DNA from: Candidatus Eremiobacteria bacterium
GTDB taxonomy: Bacteria; Vulcanimicrobiota; Vulcanimicrobiia; Vulcanimicrobiales; Vulcanimicrobiaceae
Reading direction: 5' to 3'
Assembly (NCBI GenBank): GCA_963758295.1
Contig: CAVWUU010000001.1
Coordinates: forward strand, 736,001-800,000
DNA length: 64,000 nt
This document shows, one piece after another, positions 1 to 10,123 of the stretch. The notes below the pieces were generated by a model. That model made no database searches, had not been told where the DNA came from, and saw nothing but the letters and a program-made list of their open reading frames with translations. Both the position numbers and the translations under genes were made by a program. The stretch's first letter is position 1. Each line of letters opens with the position of its first letter.

Positions 1-1
1 C

Positions 2-331
2 GCAGACGGCGGCATTTACGTCCTTCAAGCAAGCACCGCGTCATTCCATAACGCGTCGCTGCACTGCAAGATGGCGCGCACGCTACGCAAGCACTACAAA
101 TTCGTCACGTCGTTTTTTCAGCACGTGCCGGCGTTCGATACGGACTGGGCGTTTCTGGCGTGCAGCGACCGCGTTGATCTAGCCGCCCTCAATGCCGAGG
201 CTATCGACGAATACTGCGGGGAGTTGAAAGGCGAAAACTTCTTCTACGATTCGGAAACGCACCGTCGATTGTTCTCCCTGCCGCTCTACCTGCGACGCAT
301 GCTATCGGCCCCGGGGCCGGTCTTCAGCTAA
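2..331 (+). CDS. speE: Spermidine synthase / polyamine aminopropyltransferase, C-terminal part (5' truncated by window edge)
   Basis: Frame is open from base 2 (ADGGIYVLQAST...). Contains HVPAFDTDWAFLACS and FYDSETHRRLFSLP, which resemble SpeE C-terminal motifs. Confidence 0.75.
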   Translation, partial: ADGGIYVLQASTASFHNASLHCKMARTLRKHYKFVTSFFQHVPAFDTDWAFLACSDRVDLAALNAEAIDEYCGELKGENFFYDSETHRRLFSLPLYLRRMLSAPGPVFS

Positions 332-340
332 GGTTTAAGA

Positions 341-772
341 ATGAACACGGATTTCGCTTCGGCTCCGCATCGTTGGGAGAAAGAAAAGTCCCACTTCGTC
401 GCTCTGTTGGACCTCAAGCTCGAGAAGGTCGAGCACGGCAGAGCGGTGATGCGCATGCCGTTTCGCGAGGAGATTGCTAATGGCGCCGGTGCCGTTCACG
501 GCGGCGCGATCGTGAGCTTGTGCGACACGGTATTCTACGTCGCCCTTGCTTCGATTTATGGGCGGGAACAGGACACCGTGACGGTCGCTCTGCAATGCAA
601 TTTCTTGGCCCCCGCGCTGCCGCCGCACGACCTTATCGCAGAAGCGACCGTGCTGCGTGCCGGCCGCCGCATTTGTTACGGCGAGGTTCAGGTGAAAAGC
701 AACGATAAACTGGTCGCTCACGCGACTCTCAACTTCCTTAACACGGACTCCCAAGAGGCTCCAAAGCTGTAA
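341..772 (+). CDS. PaaI-family hotdog-fold thioesterase
   Basis: NGAGAVHGGAIVSLCD and TVALQCNFLAP motifs; stop overlaps the gcvT start (TAATG). Confidence 0.9.
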   Translation: MNTDFASAPHRWEKEKSHFVALLDLKLEKVEHGRAVMRMPFREEIANGAGAVHGGAIVSLCDTVFYVALASIYGREQDTVTVALQCNFLAPALPPHDLIAEATVLRAGRRICYGEVQVKSNDKLVAHATLNFLNTDSQEAPKL

Positions 773-1872
773 TGACCGCATCCACCGATTTGCGCCGCAC
801 GGCGCTTTACGACGAACATGTGCGCCTTGGCGGACGGTTGGTCCCTTACGCCGGCTTCGAGATGCCGGTGCAATACGCGGGAATTTTGAAAGAGCACGAC
901 GCCGTGCGTAATCGAGCCGGACTTTTTGATCTTTCGCACATGGGCCAGTTCGTTCTCGAGGGCGAGAATGTCGCGCAGTGGGCTGAGACGCTTACTACCA
1001 ACGCGATCGCGTCCATGAAGCCAATGCAGGCACGTTACAATATTTTCTGCAATCCGCAAGGCGGCGCGCATGACGATACGATTTTCTATCGTTTGCAAGA
1101 ACGCTGGCTGCTCGTCGTCAACGGCGCAAACGCGGATAAGATGTGGGATCACCTCAACGCGAATTTGGCCGAAGGCGTCAAGCTGCAGAACCTGCACGGA
1201 CGCAATGCGCTGATAGCAATCCAGGGGCCGAAGTCCGCGGAGATGCTGCAGCCGCACATCAACATCGATCTTTCGACGGTCAAGTACTACTTCTGCGCCG
1301 ACGGCGAAGTTTACGGACGTCCCGCCGTCGTTGCACGAACGGGTTATACCGGCGAAGACGGATTCGAGATTTTCTGCTTCGGCGAGCATGCTGCGGAGAT
1401 CTGGCAAGGATTGCTTCGCGATAACGTAGAGGCCGGCTTGGAGCCGTGCGGACTCGGCGCGCGTGACGTGCTTCGTTTGGAAGCCGGCATGCCGCTCTAC
1501 GGACACGAGCTCACCGAAGAGATTACGCCGGTTCAAGGCGGAATGACGTGGGCCATCAAGACGGCCAAGCCGGAGTTCATCGGCCGCAATTCGCTGATCG
1601 AACAGATCGACCGTAACGATTATCGCCGCATCGTCGGTCTCGTGATGAACGGCCGTGCGCCTGCGCGCGAAGGTTACCCCGTCTTCTTCAATGGGCGCGC
1701 CGCCGGCGAGATTCGCAGCGGCTCCATGGGGCCGTCGGTGCAGAAGAATATCGCGACCGCGCTGGTCGACCACGACGCCGCAACCGAGGGTACGACGCTA
1801 GAGGTCGAAATACGCGGAACCAAACACGAAGCGACCGTTGTCCCCCTTCCCTTCTATAAACGCGCCAAGTAA
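772..1872 (+). CDS. gcvT: Glycine cleavage system aminomethyltransferase T
   Basis: LRRTALYDEH, GLFDLSHMG, RTGYTGEDGFE, GLGARDVLRLEAG; gcv context. Confidence 0.97.
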   Translation: MTASTDLRRTALYDEHVRLGGRLVPYAGFEMPVQYAGILKEHDAVRNRAGLFDLSHMGQFVLEGENVAQWAETLTTNAIASMKPMQARYNIFCNPQGGAHDDTIFYRLQERWLLVVNGANADKMWDHLNANLAEGVKLQNLHGRNALIAIQGPKSAEMLQPHINIDLSTVKYYFCADGEVYGRPAVVARTGYTGEDGFEIFCFGEHAAEIWQGLLRDNVEAGLEPCGLGARDVLRLEAGMPLYGHELTEEITPVQGGMTWAIKTAKPEFIGRNSLIEQIDRNDYRRIVGLVMNGRAPAREGYPVFFNGRAAGEIRSGSMGPSVQKNIATALVDHDAATEGTTLEVEIRGTKHEATVVPLPFYKRAK

Positions 1873-1896
1873 GTCAGGAACAAGGAGATCAAGAGC

Positions 1897-2277
1897 GTGG
1901 CTCAACCCGAAAATCTGCTCTATAGCAAAGAGCATGAGTGGGTCAAAATCGATGACGACATCGCCGTCGTCGGCATCACCGATTACGCGCAGAACTCGCT
2001 CGGCGACATCGTGTACGTCGAACTTCCGCGCATCGGCAAGGAGATCGATCAATTCGGCAACGTGGGCGTGGTCGAGTCGGTGAAGGCGGTCTCCGATCTG
2101 TTCACGCCGATCGGCGGACAAATTCTAGAGATCAACTCTACGCTCGACGCGGATCCCGCCGCCGTCAACCGCGATCCGTACGGTGAAGGCTGGCTCTTCA
2201 AGGTCAAGCTGAAGGGCAACGGAGAGGAAAAGAACCTGCTCTCCGCCGCCGACTACGAATCAATCGCGAAAGACTAA
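1897..2277 (+). CDS. gcvH: Glycine cleavage system H protein
   Basis: YSKEHEW and lipoyl-lysine motif VESVKAVSD; AAGGAG RBS before a GTG start. Confidence 0.97.
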   Translation: MAQPENLLYSKEHEWVKIDDDIAVVGITDYAQNSLGDIVYVELPRIGKEIDQFGNVGVVESVKAVSDLFTPIGGQILEINSTLDADPAAVNRDPYGEGWLFKVKLKGNGEEKNLLSAADYESIAKD

Positions 2278-2359
2278 CCGCTATTGAGCTTCGCTGGGAT
2301 TCATGGCGTTTGGCGGCTGCGCCGCCAAGCCGCAGATCTAGAAGACTAACGCATAAAGG

Positions 2360-2371
2360 TATACTGACCAG
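2360..2371 (+). promoter_or_regulatory. Candidate -10 box (TATACT) 6 nt before the gcvPA ATG, leaderless-type arrangement
   Basis: TATACT at 2360-2365, spacer GACCAG, ATG at 2372; no Shine-Dalgarno at normal spacing. Confidence 0.5.
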
Positions 2372-3733
2372 ATGTACACTCCGCATACGGAGCGGGATAT
2401 TCGTGAAATGCTCGACGTCGTAGGCGTCGGCTCTCTTGAAGAACTGCTCAAAGTTCCCGACGCGGTGGCGCTGAAAGCGCCCCTCGACGTCGTTCCCGCG
2501 CTTCCCGAATATCAAATCGCGCGCCGCTTCGAGCAGTTTGCTGCCAAGAATGCGGGCGTCGATTACATTTCGTTCCTCGGCGCGGGGGCATACCGTCATT
2601 ACGCCCCGCCGGCGATTACGGCGCTGGCGATGCGTGGCGAATTTCTCACCGCGTATACGCCGTACCAAGCGGAAGTGTCGCAAGGCTACCTTCAGGCGAT
2701 CTACGAGTGGCAGAGCTATATCTGTTTGCTGACCGGCATGGATATCGCGAACGCGTCCGTGTACGACGGCGCGACCGCGCTTGCCGAAGCGGCGATCATG
2801 GCGCTCAATGCGAATGGGCGCAAGAAAATTCTCGTGTCACGCGCCATTCATCCGAATTATCGCTCCGTGCTCAAAACATATTGCGATGGCCTCGAAGTCG
2901 AAATCGACGAAGTGCCGTTCAACGCGGACGGCACGACCGATATGGCGGCCGTTGCCGATGCGGTGGGTACGAAGCAGTACGCGGCGCTCGCAATCGGGTC
3001 CCCGAATTTCTTCGGGAACCTGGACACGCTCAGCGCGGAAGCGCAAGCCGCGATCAAAGCGAGCGACACCGTGCCGATTGCGGTTGTTGCCGAAGCGCTC
3101 GCCCTGGCGGCCCTCGCGACTCCCGGCTCGTGGGGTGCAGAAATCGTCGTTGGTGAAGCTCAAAGCTTCGGCGTAGCGCTTGCGTACGGCGGTCCGTATG
3201 CGGGCTTCATCGCGTCGACCAAAGAGCATATGCGCCGAATTCCGGGCCGGCTCGTCGGCAAGTCCGTCGACAACGACGCAAAGGCGGCCTACGTGCTCAC
3301 ACTGCAAGCACGAGAGCAGCACATTCGGCGCGAACGCGCGACTTCGAATATTTGCACGAATCAAGCGCATTGCGCGCTCATCGCGACGATGTACCTTGCG
3401 TTGATGGGGCAGACCGGTTTGCGCGACGTCGCATCGCTGAATCTAGAACGCTCACGCGAACTTGCGACCGCTGTATCGTCGGTTGAAGGCGTCGACTTAA
3501 AGTTCACGGCGCCGTTCTTCAACGAAATCGTCGTCGACGTGCGCCAGCCGGCGGCCGGTGTGCTCGCCGCGCTGCAAGAACGAAAGATTCTCGGCGGCGT
3601 GGATCTCGGACGCTTCTATCCCGAACTCAATACCTGCATTCTGATGAACGCAACGGAGCTCACCACGACCGGTGAGATCAACGCGCTCGCAGCTTCTCTC
3701 TCTGAGGTTGTCCATGTCCACGCCGGTGTTTGA
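2372..3733 (+). CDS. gcvPA: Glycine dehydrogenase (decarboxylating) subunit 1
   Basis: FLGAGAY, EFLTAYTPYQAEVSQG, NASVYDGATA, REQHIRRERATSNICTN. Confidence 0.97.
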   Translation: MYTPHTERDIREMLDVVGVGSLEELLKVPDAVALKAPLDVVPALPEYQIARRFEQFAAKNAGVDYISFLGAGAYRHYAPPAITALAMRGEFLTAYTPYQAEVSQGYLQAIYEWQSYICLLTGMDIANASVYDGATALAEAAIMALNANGRKKILVSRAIHPNYRSVLKTYCDGLEVEIDEVPFNADGTTDMAAVADAVGTKQYAALAIGSPNFFGNLDTLSAEAQAAIKASDTVPIAVVAEALALAALATPGSWGAEIVVGEAQSFGVALAYGGPYAGFIASTKEHMRRIPGRLVGKSVDNDAKAAYVLTLQAREQHIRRERATSNICTNQAHCALIATMYLALMGQTGLRDVASLNLERSRELATAVSSVEGVDLKFTAPFFNEIVVDVRQPAAGVLAALQERKILGGVDLGRFYPELNTCILMNATELTTTGEINALAASLSEVVHVHAGV

Positions 3734-5225
3734 TCGCACGGAAAGCCCACTAATATTCGAGCTTGGCCAGAAGGGCCGGGCGAATCAGTACGTCGAGTCC
3801 GGTAAGCCGCTCGACGCGTTCTTGCCGAAGGGCGCGTTGCGCGAAGACCTGCCGCTGCCCGACAACAGCGAGCTGGACGTGGTTCGCCACTTCACCAAAC
3901 TTTCGCAGCGCACGTTCGGCATCGATCTCGGTTTCTATCCGCTGGGCTCGTGCACGATGAAGTACAATCCGCGCATTAACGACCAGATGGCCGGTAAGCG
4001 CGAGTTTGCGCAACTTCATCCGTATACGCCCGACGAACTTTCGCAAGGCGCCCTGCAAGTTATGTACGAGCTCGAGCGCAGCCTCAGCTCGCTCTTCGGC
4101 ATGGCGGCATTTTCTCTGAATCCGTCGGCCGGTGCCCATGCAGAACTCGCGGCCCTGCTCATTGCGAAGAAGTACTTTAAAGACTGCGGCGAGACGCAGC
4201 GCGATAAAGTTATCGTGCCTGACACCGCGCATGGAACCAATCCCGCGTCGGCAGCGATGTGCGGCTTCAAAGTCATCAGCTTGCCTTCCGATGAACGCGG
4301 CCGCGTAAGCGTCGATGAGATCCGGAAAGTGCTCGGGCCCGATACCGCCGTGTGTATGATGACGAACCCGAACACGCTGGGACTCTTCGAAGATCACATT
4401 CACGAAATTGCGGCGGCTGTGCACGAAGCCGGCGGCCTGATGTATTACGACGGCGCCAATGCTAACGCGATCATGGGGAACGTGCGTCCCGGTGACATGG
4501 GCTTCGACCTGATGCACTTAAACACGCACAAGACGTTCACGATTCCGCACGGCGGCGGCGGAGCGGGCCACGGTCCGGTCGGCGTTGCGGCGCATCTCGT
4601 GGAGTATCTTCCGACGCCGGTGGTTCGCGCGGTCCCGCATGCGCGCGGCGAAAACGGCGCAAGCGCTCCGAGCGATCGCCTCACGTTCTCGCTCGATTTC
4701 GATTTGCCGAAGTCGATCGGCCCCATGCGTTCGTTCTGGTCGAATTTCGCGCATGCGGTTCGCGCGCTCTCGTACATCTATGCCAATGGCGCCGAAGGCC
4801 TCAATCGCGTTTCTCAGCTCGCGGTGTTGAACGCCAATTACATCCGCGTGAAGGTTTCCGAATTCTTGGATACGCCCTATCCGGAAATCTGCCGGCACGA
4901 GTTCGTTGCGTCGGCGCAAGAACTGAAGAAAGAAACCGGCGTAAAGGCACTGGATATCGCGAAAGCGCTGCTCGACCATGGCATGATGGCGCCGACGATG
5001 TACTTCCCTCTCATCGTTCCCGAGTGCTTGATGATCGAGCCCACGGAAACCGAATCCAAGGAAACGCTGGATCAATTCATCGCCGTGCTTCGTGAAATTA
5101 TCGAAACGGCGAAGTCGAACCCCGACGAAGTTCTGGCGGCGCCGGTGACGACGGTTGTCGGACGCGTGGACGAGACGCGCGCAGCACGTCAGCCGAACCT
5201 TCGATGGGAACCTACGAAGGTCTAG
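3714..5225 (+). CDS. gcvPB: Glycine dehydrogenase (decarboxylating) subunit 2
   Basis: YPLGSCTMKYNP, AHGTNPASA, PLP-lysine motif HLNTHKTF, MIEPTETESKETLD. ATG 3714 follows GAGG. Confidence 0.97.
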   Translation: MSTPVFDRTESPLIFELGQKGRANQYVESGKPLDAFLPKGALREDLPLPDNSELDVVRHFTKLSQRTFGIDLGFYPLGSCTMKYNPRINDQMAGKREFAQLHPYTPDELSQGALQVMYELERSLSSLFGMAAFSLNPSAGAHAELAALLIAKKYFKDCGETQRDKVIVPDTAHGTNPASAAMCGFKVISLPSDERGRVSVDEIRKVLGPDTAVCMMTNPNTLGLFEDHIHEIAAAVHEAGGLMYYDGANANAIMGNVRPGDMGFDLMHLNTHKTFTIPHGGGGAGHGPVGVAAHLVEYLPTPVVRAVPHARGENGASAPSDRLTFSLDFDLPKSIGPMRSFWSNFAHAVRALSYIYANGAEGLNRVSQLAVLNANYIRVKVSEFLDTPYPEICRHEFVASAQELKKETGVKALDIAKALLDHGMMAPTMYFPLIVPECLMIEPTETESKETLDQFIAVLREIIETAKSNPDEVLAAPVTTVVGRVDETRAARQPNLRWEPTKV

Positions 5226-5253
5226 AAATCCGAAATAACGGGAGCACCTGAAA

Positions 5254-5961
5254 TCAGGCGCTCGCCATCGTTAAACGCTTGAGTTGATCTGCCGTTACGC
5301 GGTAGCATTCGCAGGATTGAGTCTCGAGCATCGGCCGGTTCGTAATGGCGATCCGGCCGTGTCTGTATTTTATGCAGCCGGCATCTTGTAACGCGAGCGC
5401 GGCGGTCGTTACGGCCGGACGGTGCACTCCCAGCATGACGGCGAGAAACTCTTGCGTTAACGAGAACTCGTCGGAACGCGCGCGGTCGCCCGTCATTAGT
5501 AGCCAGCGCGCACATCGCTGTGCGATCGAATGCAAACGATTGCACGCGATGCTTTGGCCCATAATCGCGTAGTTCGCGTCGCCGAAACATTTGACGCGCC
5601 GGGTGAATTCCGCATCGTCACGCATCTTGGCTGCGAACGTGTCCATGGACATGCAATAAGCAATGCCTTTGATTTGACAGACGGTTTCCCAAGGTTGCGT
5701 GTCGTTTCCGAGGATCGCTTGAATGGGAGTCATCCCTTCCCAGCCGATGGTGCCGACCTCCACGAGCGCGCCGCTGAGCATCGCCATGACGTTCGAAAGC
5801 ACGGCGGTTACTGGAAAAAACACCTCGGAGATCGCCACGTTCGGTTGATGAACGACGCTCCCGACGCGTAATTCTTTTAAACTCGACACTCCAAAGATCG
5901 TGTCGAGTTCATTGGCTTGCAATGACTGCAATAGCCAATTTCCCGATGGCGGATTATCCAT
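5254..5961 (-). CDS. Crp/Fnr-family transcriptional regulator
   Basis: cNMP-binding-like N-terminus (VEVGTIGWEG); C-terminal HTH with RCARWLL and LTQEFLAVMLGVHRPAVT. Confidence 0.92.
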   Translation of the reverse strand: MDNPPSGNWLLQSLQANELDTIFGVSSLKELRVGSVVHQPNVAISEVFFPVTAVLSNVMAMLSGALVEVGTIGWEGMTPIQAILGNDTQPWETVCQIKGIAYCMSMDTFAAKMRDDAEFTRRVKCFGDANYAIMGQSIACNRLHSIAQRCARWLLMTGDRARSDEFSLTQEFLAVMLGVHRPAVTTAALALQDAGCIKYRHGRIAITNRPMLETQSCECYRVTADQLKRLTMASA

Positions 5962-5991
5962 ACGGGCTTCCTCTGCGGCTTCTTGTCCCTT

Positions 5992-6000
5992 AGTATAGCA
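5992..6000 (-). promoter_or_regulatory. Extended -10 element (TGcTATACT) for the Crp-family gene
   Basis: Minus strand reads TGCTATACT about 30 nt upstream of the ATG, followed by AGAGGA. Confidence 0.5.
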
Positions 6001-6001
6001 C

Positions 6002-7099
6002 TTACGCGACTTTTGCAGCCGATAGGCTCTCGCGCAATTTCCGCGTCGTGCGCTTTTGCGGCGTCTCTTTGGCGCGGCGTTTCAAGAAAGTAACGACGAA
6101 ATGTTCTTCCGGCAGAAGTCCTTTACGCGCTCTGCCGCGCAACGCCGCACCGAGCGACCCTTCTTCCGAATAAGCCTCCAACACCTCCGGGTGGATATAG
6201 CTTTTTTTGCATACCGCGGGCGTATTTCCGAGGCGCTCCGCGACTTGCTTGATTGCTTCCGTCATGCGACTCTTTCGTTCCGCTTGCGTTTCCGCGGGCT
6301 CCATGCCGGAAAGAAGCAAGCCGCACTGAACTGTGCCGACCCACGTTCGAAAATCTTTCGCGGTGAAATCACCGCCGGAAATTTCGCGAATGTAGTCGTT
6401 GACGTCGGCTGACGTGACATCGCGTGCCGTGCCGTCGCCGTCAACATAGCCGAAAAGTTCTTGCCCGGGCAAATCTTGGCAGGCGCGCACGACCTTCGCA
6501 AGCCGCCTGTCGCGCAGCGAGATCGCGTGCTTAATGCCGCTCTTGCCCTTGAAGCTGAACCGAACCGTATCGCCTTGTACCTTTGCGTGCGAATTGCGCA
6601 TGGTCGTCAGTCCATAGGAGTCGTTCTCGCGCGCATACTGATCGTTGCCGATGCGGATCGTCGTCGACTCCAAGAGTTGGACGACCGCGGCGAGGACTTT
6701 TTCGCGCGGCATCCCCTCGCGCTTCAAATCACGCTCGACGGTCTGCCGGATCCGCGGAAGCGCACTCGCGAAGTCGAGCATCCGATGGTATTTCGTTTCG
6801 TCCCGGGCTTCGCGCCATTTCGCGTGGTAGCGGTACTGCTTGCGCCCCCGGGCATCGCGGCCCGTAGCCTGAATGTGGCCGTTCGCATACGGGCAGATCC
6901 AGACGTCGATGTAGGCCGGCGGCACCGCCAGCGCCCGGATTCGCGCCAGCTGGTCCTTGTCGCGGACCGGTTTCCCGTCCGGCCCAGTATAGGAAAACCG
7001 CTTTCCGCGGCCGGCCCGGCGGATACCCGGCAGCTCGTCGGAAACGTAACGTAAGCCGGCTTCCCGGGCAAGCACTGATGCGTCTTGGTCCACGCCCAT
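6002..7099 (-). CDS. DNA topoisomerase IB (bacterial, poxvirus-like)
   Basis: GLRYVSD, PPAYIDVWIC, GRDARGRKQYRY, FKGKSG, KDFRTW, LGNTPAVCKKSYIHP with the catalytic Tyr. True start taken as ATG 7099. Confidence 0.93.
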   Translation of the reverse strand: MGVDQDASVLAREAGLRYVSDELPGIRRAGRGKRFSYTGPDGKPVRDKDQLARIRALAVPPAYIDVWICPYANGHIQATGRDARGRKQYRYHAKWREARDETKYHRMLDFASALPRIRQTVERDLKREGMPREKVLAAVVQLLESTTIRIGNDQYARENDSYGLTTMRNSHAKVQGDTVRFSFKGKSGIKHAISLRDRRLAKVVRACQDLPGQELFGYVDGDGTARDVTSADVNDYIREISGGDFTAKDFRTWVGTVQCGLLLSGMEPAETQAERKSRMTEAIKQVAERLGNTPAVCKKSYIHPEVLEAYSEEGSLGAALRGRARKGLLPEEHFVVTFLKRRAKETPQKRTTRKLRESLSAAKVA

Positions 7100-7219
7100 G
7101 GTATACCCGAAAAGGGCCACCCTTTCGGCAGGCGCTTCTTGGGGGTTGCGCTTATAATGGTGGTAATCTGGGGGCGCAATTCGGGCCCCCTTCCACGTCC
7201 CTGCGGGGTTGTAAGCGAC

Positions 7220-7699
7220 ATGCGGATCAAATACGAGGTGTCGGCGGGTGGGCTGGTCTTGCGGCGTCGCGAGTCCGGCTTCGATGCGCTGTTGATCGGC
7301 CGCGGAACGCCGCGCATATGGACATTGCCGAAGGGGCACGTGGAAGCACGTGAATCCAACGAACAAGCCGGATTGCGCGAAGTCCGTGAAGAGACGGGAT
7401 GCTGGGCGGAGCTGATCACTCGCTTGAACGAAATCTCCTACTGGTTCTACGTTGGAAAAGCCAAGCATAAGAAGTCGGTGACGTTCTTCTTGATGCGTTA
7501 CTTGTCGGGCGACACCGCGAATCACGACCATGAAGTCGACGAAGCGCGATGGTTCGAGGTGATGGCGGCTCGCAAAGCGCTCAAGTACGTCAACGAGAAG
7601 CGCCTTGTCGATATGGCGCTCGACTACATCAATACCAATCCCGCTGCCTTCGGCGATCTTCCGATCGTCGCAAGAACGGCCGAACAGAAGAGCTCTTGA
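7220..7699 (+). CDS. NUDIX hydrolase
   Basis: SAGGLV and Nudix box PKGHVEARESNEQAGLREVREETG; start taken as ATG 7220. Confidence 0.92.
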   Translation: MRIKYEVSAGGLVLRRRESGFDALLIGRGTPRIWTLPKGHVEARESNEQAGLREVREETGCWAELITRLNEISYWFYVGKAKHKKSVTFFLMRYLSGDTANHDHEVDEARWFEVMAARKALKYVNEKRLVDMALDYINTNPAAFGDLPIVARTAEQKSS

Positions 7700-8526
7700 A
7701 CGAAGTCACGACCACCGGCGCTCTGGCGGATGAAGCTGCGGCGAATCCCGTCCAGGGCGAGCAGCAGCATGCCGCGGAAACGAACCAGACTCCCGAAAAC
7801 GCGCTGCGCGTGCAGCTCGACGTTTTCGACGGACCGCTCGATTTGCTGCTGAGCCTCATCAAAGAACAACAGCTTGATATCGCAACCGTTCCGCTTGCGA
7901 CCGTAGCGGAGCAGTATCTCAGCTACGTTCGAATGATGGACGAGCTCGACGTCGAGGTGGCAGCCGAATATCTCGTCATCGCCGCAACGCTCGTGTTCTT
8001 GAAGTCCAAGGCGCTGCTGCCGCCGATCCCGCAAGAGTTCGTCGACGAGACCGAAGAGAGCCCGGAGCAGGTCGAAGAGCGTTTGCGCCGCCGCTTAATC
8101 GCCTACTCGAAATATCGCGAGCTCGGCGTTCAATTGAAGGCACGTCAGGACGAGGCCAGCGGCTTCTATTTCCGCGATGCGGGCGATCCGACCACCGAAG
8201 TCGTTCAGCGTTATCGCGTCGATCCGGAAAAGCTCAAGCGGGCGTTCCTCGCGATGCTTAGCCAAGCTCGTCCGGAAAAACGCGAGATCGTTCGCGAACG
8301 GGTCTCCTTGATCGCGCAGATGGATTACATATCGCGCCAGATCAAGGAACACGGCGAAGTAATGTTTTCCTCGCTGTGCCACGAGCTGGGGATGACACGC
8401 GAAGTCATCATCATTACGTTCCTCGCGATTCTCGAACTCGTTCGCCGCAATCGAGTGGCTTTCGAGCAGCCGGACCTCTTCGACGACATCCGGCTCTTCC
8501 CGATCCCAACTCCCACCGAAGGGTAA
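7696..8526 (+). CDS. scpA: Segregation and condensation protein A (kleisin)
   Basis: FDGPLDLLLSLI, AAEYLVIAATLVFLKSKALLP, TFLAILELVR. TTG start overlapping the NUDIX stop is inferred. Confidence 0.93.
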   Translation: MNEVTTTGALADEAAANPVQGEQQHAAETNQTPENALRVQLDVFDGPLDLLLSLIKEQQLDIATVPLATVAEQYLSYVRMMDELDVEVAAEYLVIAATLVFLKSKALLPPIPQEFVDETEESPEQVEERLRRRLIAYSKYRELGVQLKARQDEASGFYFRDAGDPTTEVVQRYRVDPEKLKRAFLAMLSQARPEKREIVRERVSLIAQMDYISRQIKEHGEVMFSSLCHELGMTREVIIITFLAILELVRRNRVAFEQPDLFDDIRLFPIPTPTEG

Positions 8527-8529
8527 CCC

Positions 8530-9378
8530 GTGGATACCGACGTTTTGGAAACCGAAATGGACGTGCAAGAGGCTTCCGTCGAGCAGCCCGTGCTGGATGA
8601 AGAAGCCCAAGCGCTGCATGCGGCGGCGGATGCCGTCATGCCGGCCGTCGAGGCATTGCTTTTCGTTGCGAGCGAACCGCTTGAAACGAAGCGCATTGCT
8701 AAGCTGACGGGCGAAGACGAAATAGCCATCGCCCTTGCGGTTCAGCGACTGGAAGAACGCTACAGCGAAGGCGGCATCGTTTTGCGTGAAGTCGCGGGCG
8801 GATACCGTTTCGCAACGTCTTCGTCCGTACGCGACGTGGTCGAAGCTTATTTGCTGCCGCCGAAGTCGTCGCTCTCCGCGCCGGCTCTGGAAACGCTGGC
8901 GATTGTCGCGCACATGCAGCCGGTTACGAAAAGCGAAATCGAGGCCATTCGCGGCGTGAACTCCGACAGCGTCGTAAACACGCTCATCGATCGGAGCCTG
9001 ATAGCAGAGGCAGGACGCAAAGACGTCGTCGGGCGGCCGATGCAGTACAAAACGACCGCGGTTTTCTTGGAATCGTTCGGACTCAATTCGCTCGACGATC
9101 TTCCGCAGCTCGAGCTTGAGCCGGGCCAGCCGCTGGAATTGAATCTTCTGGCTGCAGCGCAAACGCAAGCAGCGGCAACTGAAGAAACGCCGCAGCCGGC
9201 AGAAGAAGCCGCGGAACAGCCTGCAGCGCAAGCCGAGCAACTCGCGGAAGAACCGCGAGAATCCGAAGCAACCCAAGGAACGTCTGCGGAAGAAACGTCT
9301 GCAATAAAATCGCAAATCGAACAACCGCTGTTGCAAGACGCGCGCCCGGACGAGAACGAAGAGCCTCAAGAATCCTAA
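8530..9378 (+). CDS. scpB: Segregation and condensation protein B with acidic low-complexity tail
   Basis: VEALLFVA, LSAPALETLAIVAHMQPVT, IRGVNS, GRPMQYKTT. Confidence 0.95.
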   Translation: MDTDVLETEMDVQEASVEQPVLDEEAQALHAAADAVMPAVEALLFVASEPLETKRIAKLTGEDEIAIALAVQRLEERYSEGGIVLREVAGGYRFATSSSVRDVVEAYLLPPKSSLSAPALETLAIVAHMQPVTKSEIEAIRGVNSDSVVNTLIDRSLIAEAGRKDVVGRPMQYKTTAVFLESFGLNSLDDLPQLELEPGQPLELNLLAAAQTQAAATEETPQPAEEAAEQPAAQAEQLAEEPRESEATQGTSAEETSAIKSQIEQPLLQDARPDENEEPQES

Positions 9379-9388
9379 AAGACATCCA

Positions 9389-10120
9389 ATGACGACGTAC
9401 GACGAACTCTCTGAAAGCTACGACGCCGGGCGCGTCGGCTATGCGAGCGATCTCTACAACACCCTTGTCGAATACGGCCTGTCACCTTCGCAGAACGTCT
9501 TAGACGTTGGCTGCGGCACGGGTCTCGCAAGCGCTCCGCTCGTGCAAAATGATTATGACGTCACCGGCTTGGATATTTCGGAACCGATGCTCGCCCACGC
9601 GCGCGCCCGGTATCCCGAAGCGCGGTTCGTTAAAGGCTCTGCCGAGTCGCTTCCGTTCGAAGCCCAGTCTTTCGATATGGTAATCAGCGCGCAAGCGCTG
9701 CACCACGTGGATCGCAGCGCGGCCATGCGAGAAATCGTTCGAGTTCTGAAACCGCACGGCATCGTCGCCGTTTGGTGGAAGTACCTCATGAGCGACGATG
9801 CCGCCAAGCTGCTGCGCGACGAAACCATGCGGGAACTCGGAGCCGAACCGCCCCTATCAGGTCTAAAGGGCGGCTTCAGGGAATTTTACGCTGCGCCGTT
9901 GCGCGAGCATTCACTGCGCGTCATTCCATGGCGCTCCTCGATGCCGCTCTCGAAGTACATTCAGTACGAACGTTCGCGCAAGAGCGTCCGGGATGCGCTC
10001 GGCGGCAATGCCGAGGAGTATTACTACAAGCTCCAAGAGCGCATGGAGGCCGCGTTTGGTGCCGGGGATCCGATGGTTCCACTGGCATACACGCACTATC
10101 TCTATCTCGGAAAGAAGTAG
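9389..10120 (+). CDS. Class I SAM-dependent methyltransferase
   Basis: VLDVGCGTG, GLDIS, AESLPF, RVLKPHG. Confidence 0.9.
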   Translation: MTTYDELSESYDAGRVGYASDLYNTLVEYGLSPSQNVLDVGCGTGLASAPLVQNDYDVTGLDISEPMLAHARARYPEARFVKGSAESLPFEAQSFDMVISAQALHHVDRSAAMREIVRVLKPHGIVAVWWKYLMSDDAAKLLRDETMRELGAEPPLSGLKGGFREFYAAPLREHSLRVIPWRSSMPLSKYIQYERSRKSVRDALGGNAEEYYYKLQERMEAAFGAGDPMVPLAYTHYLYLGKK

Positions 10121-10123
10121 TCC

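Noticed and set aside
2278..2371. Possible glycine riboswitch between gcvH and gcvPA
   Set aside because: No GGAGA...GAAG...CUCAGG-type cores; only a simple hairpin (TTGGCGGC/GCCGCCAA) and a -10 box.
7100..7531. N-terminal extension of the 509-aa TopIB ORF
   Set aside because: Overlaps the NUDIX gene antisense; TopIB-like sequence starts at Met 7099.
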